From positions 7,044 through 71,043 of the forward strand of contig CALIZB010000014.1 of the NCBI GenBank assembly GCA_938028625.1: 64,000 nt of DNA, written 5' to 3'. The notes under the pieces were generated by a model. It saw only the letters and a program-made list of their open reading frames with translations. It was not told the DNA's origin and did not search any database. Both the position numbers and the translations under genes were made by a program. Shown here in pieces: positions 62,169 through 64,000 of the stretch (positions are counted from its first letter, which is position 1; every line of letters begins with the position of its first letter). Source of the DNA: an uncultured Bacteroidia bacterium (GTDB lineage Bacteria > Bacteroidota > Bacteroidia > JANWVE01).

Positions 62169-63305
62169 GTGAAAAAAATAACATTCAATAATCGTGGGCA
62201 GGAATTTCATATTGCCCTTAAAGAACGGGTCGCTAATTACTTTAAAGAAAACAACATTAGCCCCAATGCCAATGCTTCTATGGTATTTAAGACCATTATT
62301 TTATTTACTTCTTTTGTGTCGTGCTATGTATTACTTGTATTTGGTAGATTAGATTGGTATTGGAACATTGGTTTAAGTGTACTTATGGGTTTAACCATAG
62401 CAGGCATAGGATTTAACATCATGCATGATGCTGCGCACGGCAGTTATTCCAAGAACAAAACGCTTAACAATATTCTGAGCTATTCTTTGGATTTAATAGG
62501 GGGAAGTAGCTATTTCTGGAAAACAAAGCACAATGTAGTGCATCACACTTACACGAATATCAGCGAGATAGATGATGATGTAAATAGTGGTAAAATACTT
62601 CGTTTCACTTCACAGCAACCCCTTATGAAAATTCACAGGTGGCAGCATATCTATGGCTGGTTTTTATATAGTCTATTAGCCATTTCATGGATATTTATTG
62701 CAGATTTCAGAAAAGCTATTACAGGCAAAGTGATGACATATCCTATTCCAAGACCCAAGACCTCTACTTTGGTCGCTTTATGGTTATTTAAAGTATTTTA
62801 TTTTAGCTATGCGATTGTTTTACCTATTTATATCACGGGAAGTGTATGGGGTGTATTGGGTTGTTACTTAATTATCAATTTAGTACTTGGTTTTACCTTA
62901 TCTGTTATTTTTCAAATGGCACACATGTATGATGGTGTTGCTTTTCCTGAACCTGACCCTGAAACTCATAAAATAGAAAACGAATGGGCAAAACATCAGT
63001 TTGAAACTACTGCTAACTTCGCTCCTAAAAATAAAATTCTTAATTGGTACACAGGAGGGCTAAATTATCAAGTAGAACACCATTTGTTTCCACATATATG
63101 CCATGTACACTATCCAAAAATTGCGCCTATCCTCAAACAGACCTGCAAAGAATATGGTGTTCCGTATTATGAATTTACAACATTCTGGGGAGCTATAAAA
63201 TCTCACGTAAAACATCTTAAACGCATGGGAAACCCTGAAAAATATAAAAATGAACCTGTGGATTATTCTTCCAATGCTTCTTTGGTAAATACTTCTGCTT
63301 CATAA
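62169..63305 (+). CDS. membrane fatty-acid desaturase, front-end (Delta-6/DesD-like) family. GTG start
   Basis: His boxes HDAAHG, HNVVHH, QVEHHLFPHICHVHY. N-terminus collinear with Synechocystis DesD as recalled from memory. GTG at 62169. Confidence 0.8.
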   Translation: MKKITFNNRGQEFHIALKERVANYFKENNISPNANASMVFKTIILFTSFVSCYVLLVFGRLDWYWNIGLSVLMGLTIAGIGFNIMHDAAHGSYSKNKTLNNILSYSLDLIGGSSYFWKTKHNVVHHTYTNISEIDDDVNSGKILRFTSQQPLMKIHRWQHIYGWFLYSLLAISWIFIADFRKAITGKVMTYPIPRPKTSTLVALWLFKVFYFSYAIVLPIYITGSVWGVLGCYLIINLVLGFTLSVIFQMAHMYDGVAFPEPDPETHKIENEWAKHQFETTANFAPKNKILNWYTGGLNYQVEHHLFPHICHVHYPKIAPILKQTCKEYGVPYYEFTTFWGAIKSHVKHLKRMGNPEKYKNEPVDYSSNASLVNTSAS

Positions 63306-63336
63306 CCTGAAAAATTAACTTTTTAACAATAACTCG

Positions 63337-63369
63337 CCTGTCAGTTCCTAAAAATCTGACAGGTTTTTC
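63337..63369 (+). terminator. rho-independent terminator after the desaturase gene
   Basis: CCTGTCAG-(11 nt)-CTGACAGG hairpin followed by TTTTTCG. Confidence 0.55.
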
Positions 63370-63408
63370 GTTGTAAAATATTTATCTTTGTCCCATATTC
63401 ACCCGACT

Positions 63409-64000
63409 ATGAAGTATGAACTGCAAGAGGTAATTTCCAAATCACAGAAAAAGCAATTTTTAGACGTTGCACGCACTATTTACAAAGATGACCCAAACTG
63501 GGTATGCCCGCTGGATATTGAAATTGAAAGTATATTTGACCCTGCCAAAAATCCTTTTTTTCAGCACGGAACAGCAAAAAGATGGATACTAGTGCGGCTT
63601 TCAGACAAAGAAGTCGTAGGCAGGGTAGCCGCATTTATAAACGAGAAAAAAGTTAATCAGAATGGGCTTAAAGTAGGAGGAATGGGCTTTTTTGAATGTA
63701 TCAATGACCTGGAAGCCGCTTTTATGCTCTTTGATATATGTCAATCTTGGTTGAGAGAACAAGGTATGAACGCTATGGACGGACCTATAAACTTCGGCGA
63801 GAATGATATGTGGTGGGGGCTTTTGGTAGAAGGTTTTACACAACCTGCCTATGGTATGAACTATCACCTGCCTTACTACAAAGATTTGTTTGAAACATAT
63901 GGATTTCAGGTATTTTATTCGCAGGTATCCAAACATTTGGATATCACCCGCCCCCTGCCTGAAAGATGGCAGAAAATTCTTAATCGCATTACGTCCAATC
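63409..64000 (+). CDS. hypothetical protein, 5' part (runs off the window end); possibly an acyltransferase-like fold
   Basis: ATG at 63409 preceded by TATCTTTG at 63383-63390. Open frame to the window end (MKYELQEVISKSQKKQFLDVARTIYKDDPNW…). The minus-strand track ORF 63601..63936 overlapping it is probably spurious. Confidence 0.45.
   Translation, partial: MKYELQEVISKSQKKQFLDVARTIYKDDPNWVCPLDIEIESIFDPAKNPFFQHGTAKRWILVRLSDKEVVGRVAAFINEKKVNQNGLKVGGMGFFECINDLEAAFMLFDICQSWLREQGMNAMDGPINFGENDMWWGLLVEGFTQPAYGMNYHLPYYKDLFETYGFQVFYSQVSKHLDITRPLPERWQKILNRITSN

Overview
The window is a chromosomal core region from a Bacteroidota genome, with no identifiable mobile element, prophage, CRISPR array or defence island. 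Three things support the phylum call: the window is AT-rich; three secreted proteins carry T9SS C-terminal sorting domains and a GldH-like gliding lipoprotein is present; and three intergenic regions show the TTG / TAnnTTTG sigma-A promoter motifs. The window is densely packed with housekeeping genes, and 58 coding features plus one frameshifted pseudogene are listed below.

Points worth a second look:
- A single-ORF fusion of a hotdog thioesterase, a Nudix domain and an NrtR-like winged-helix domain.
- A Hanks-type kinase-like protein with a non-canonical catalytic loop fused to a transmembrane segment and WD40 repeats, sitting next to a bona fide sbcC that has no sbcD partner.
- Three genes or ORFs broken or truncated at homopolymer runs (FkbM methyltransferase at T6, SPOR-domain protein tail at A10, a small DUF4351-like ORF at T8). 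These are either assembly indel errors or slipped-strand variation.
- A roughly 125-nt GC-rich structured intergenic element downstream of the fused 2-oxoacid dehydrogenase E1 gene.
- A PSP1/RicT-like protein with an N-terminal tandem Cys motif that is translationally coupled to gldH.
- A tail-fibre-like protein with a peptidase S74 intramolecular-chaperone domain, embedded among LPS glycosyltransferase genes.
- An orphan nuoN-like antiporter subunit.
- Two conserved operons that appear truncated: nusA without infB, and rpsL-rpsG without fusA.
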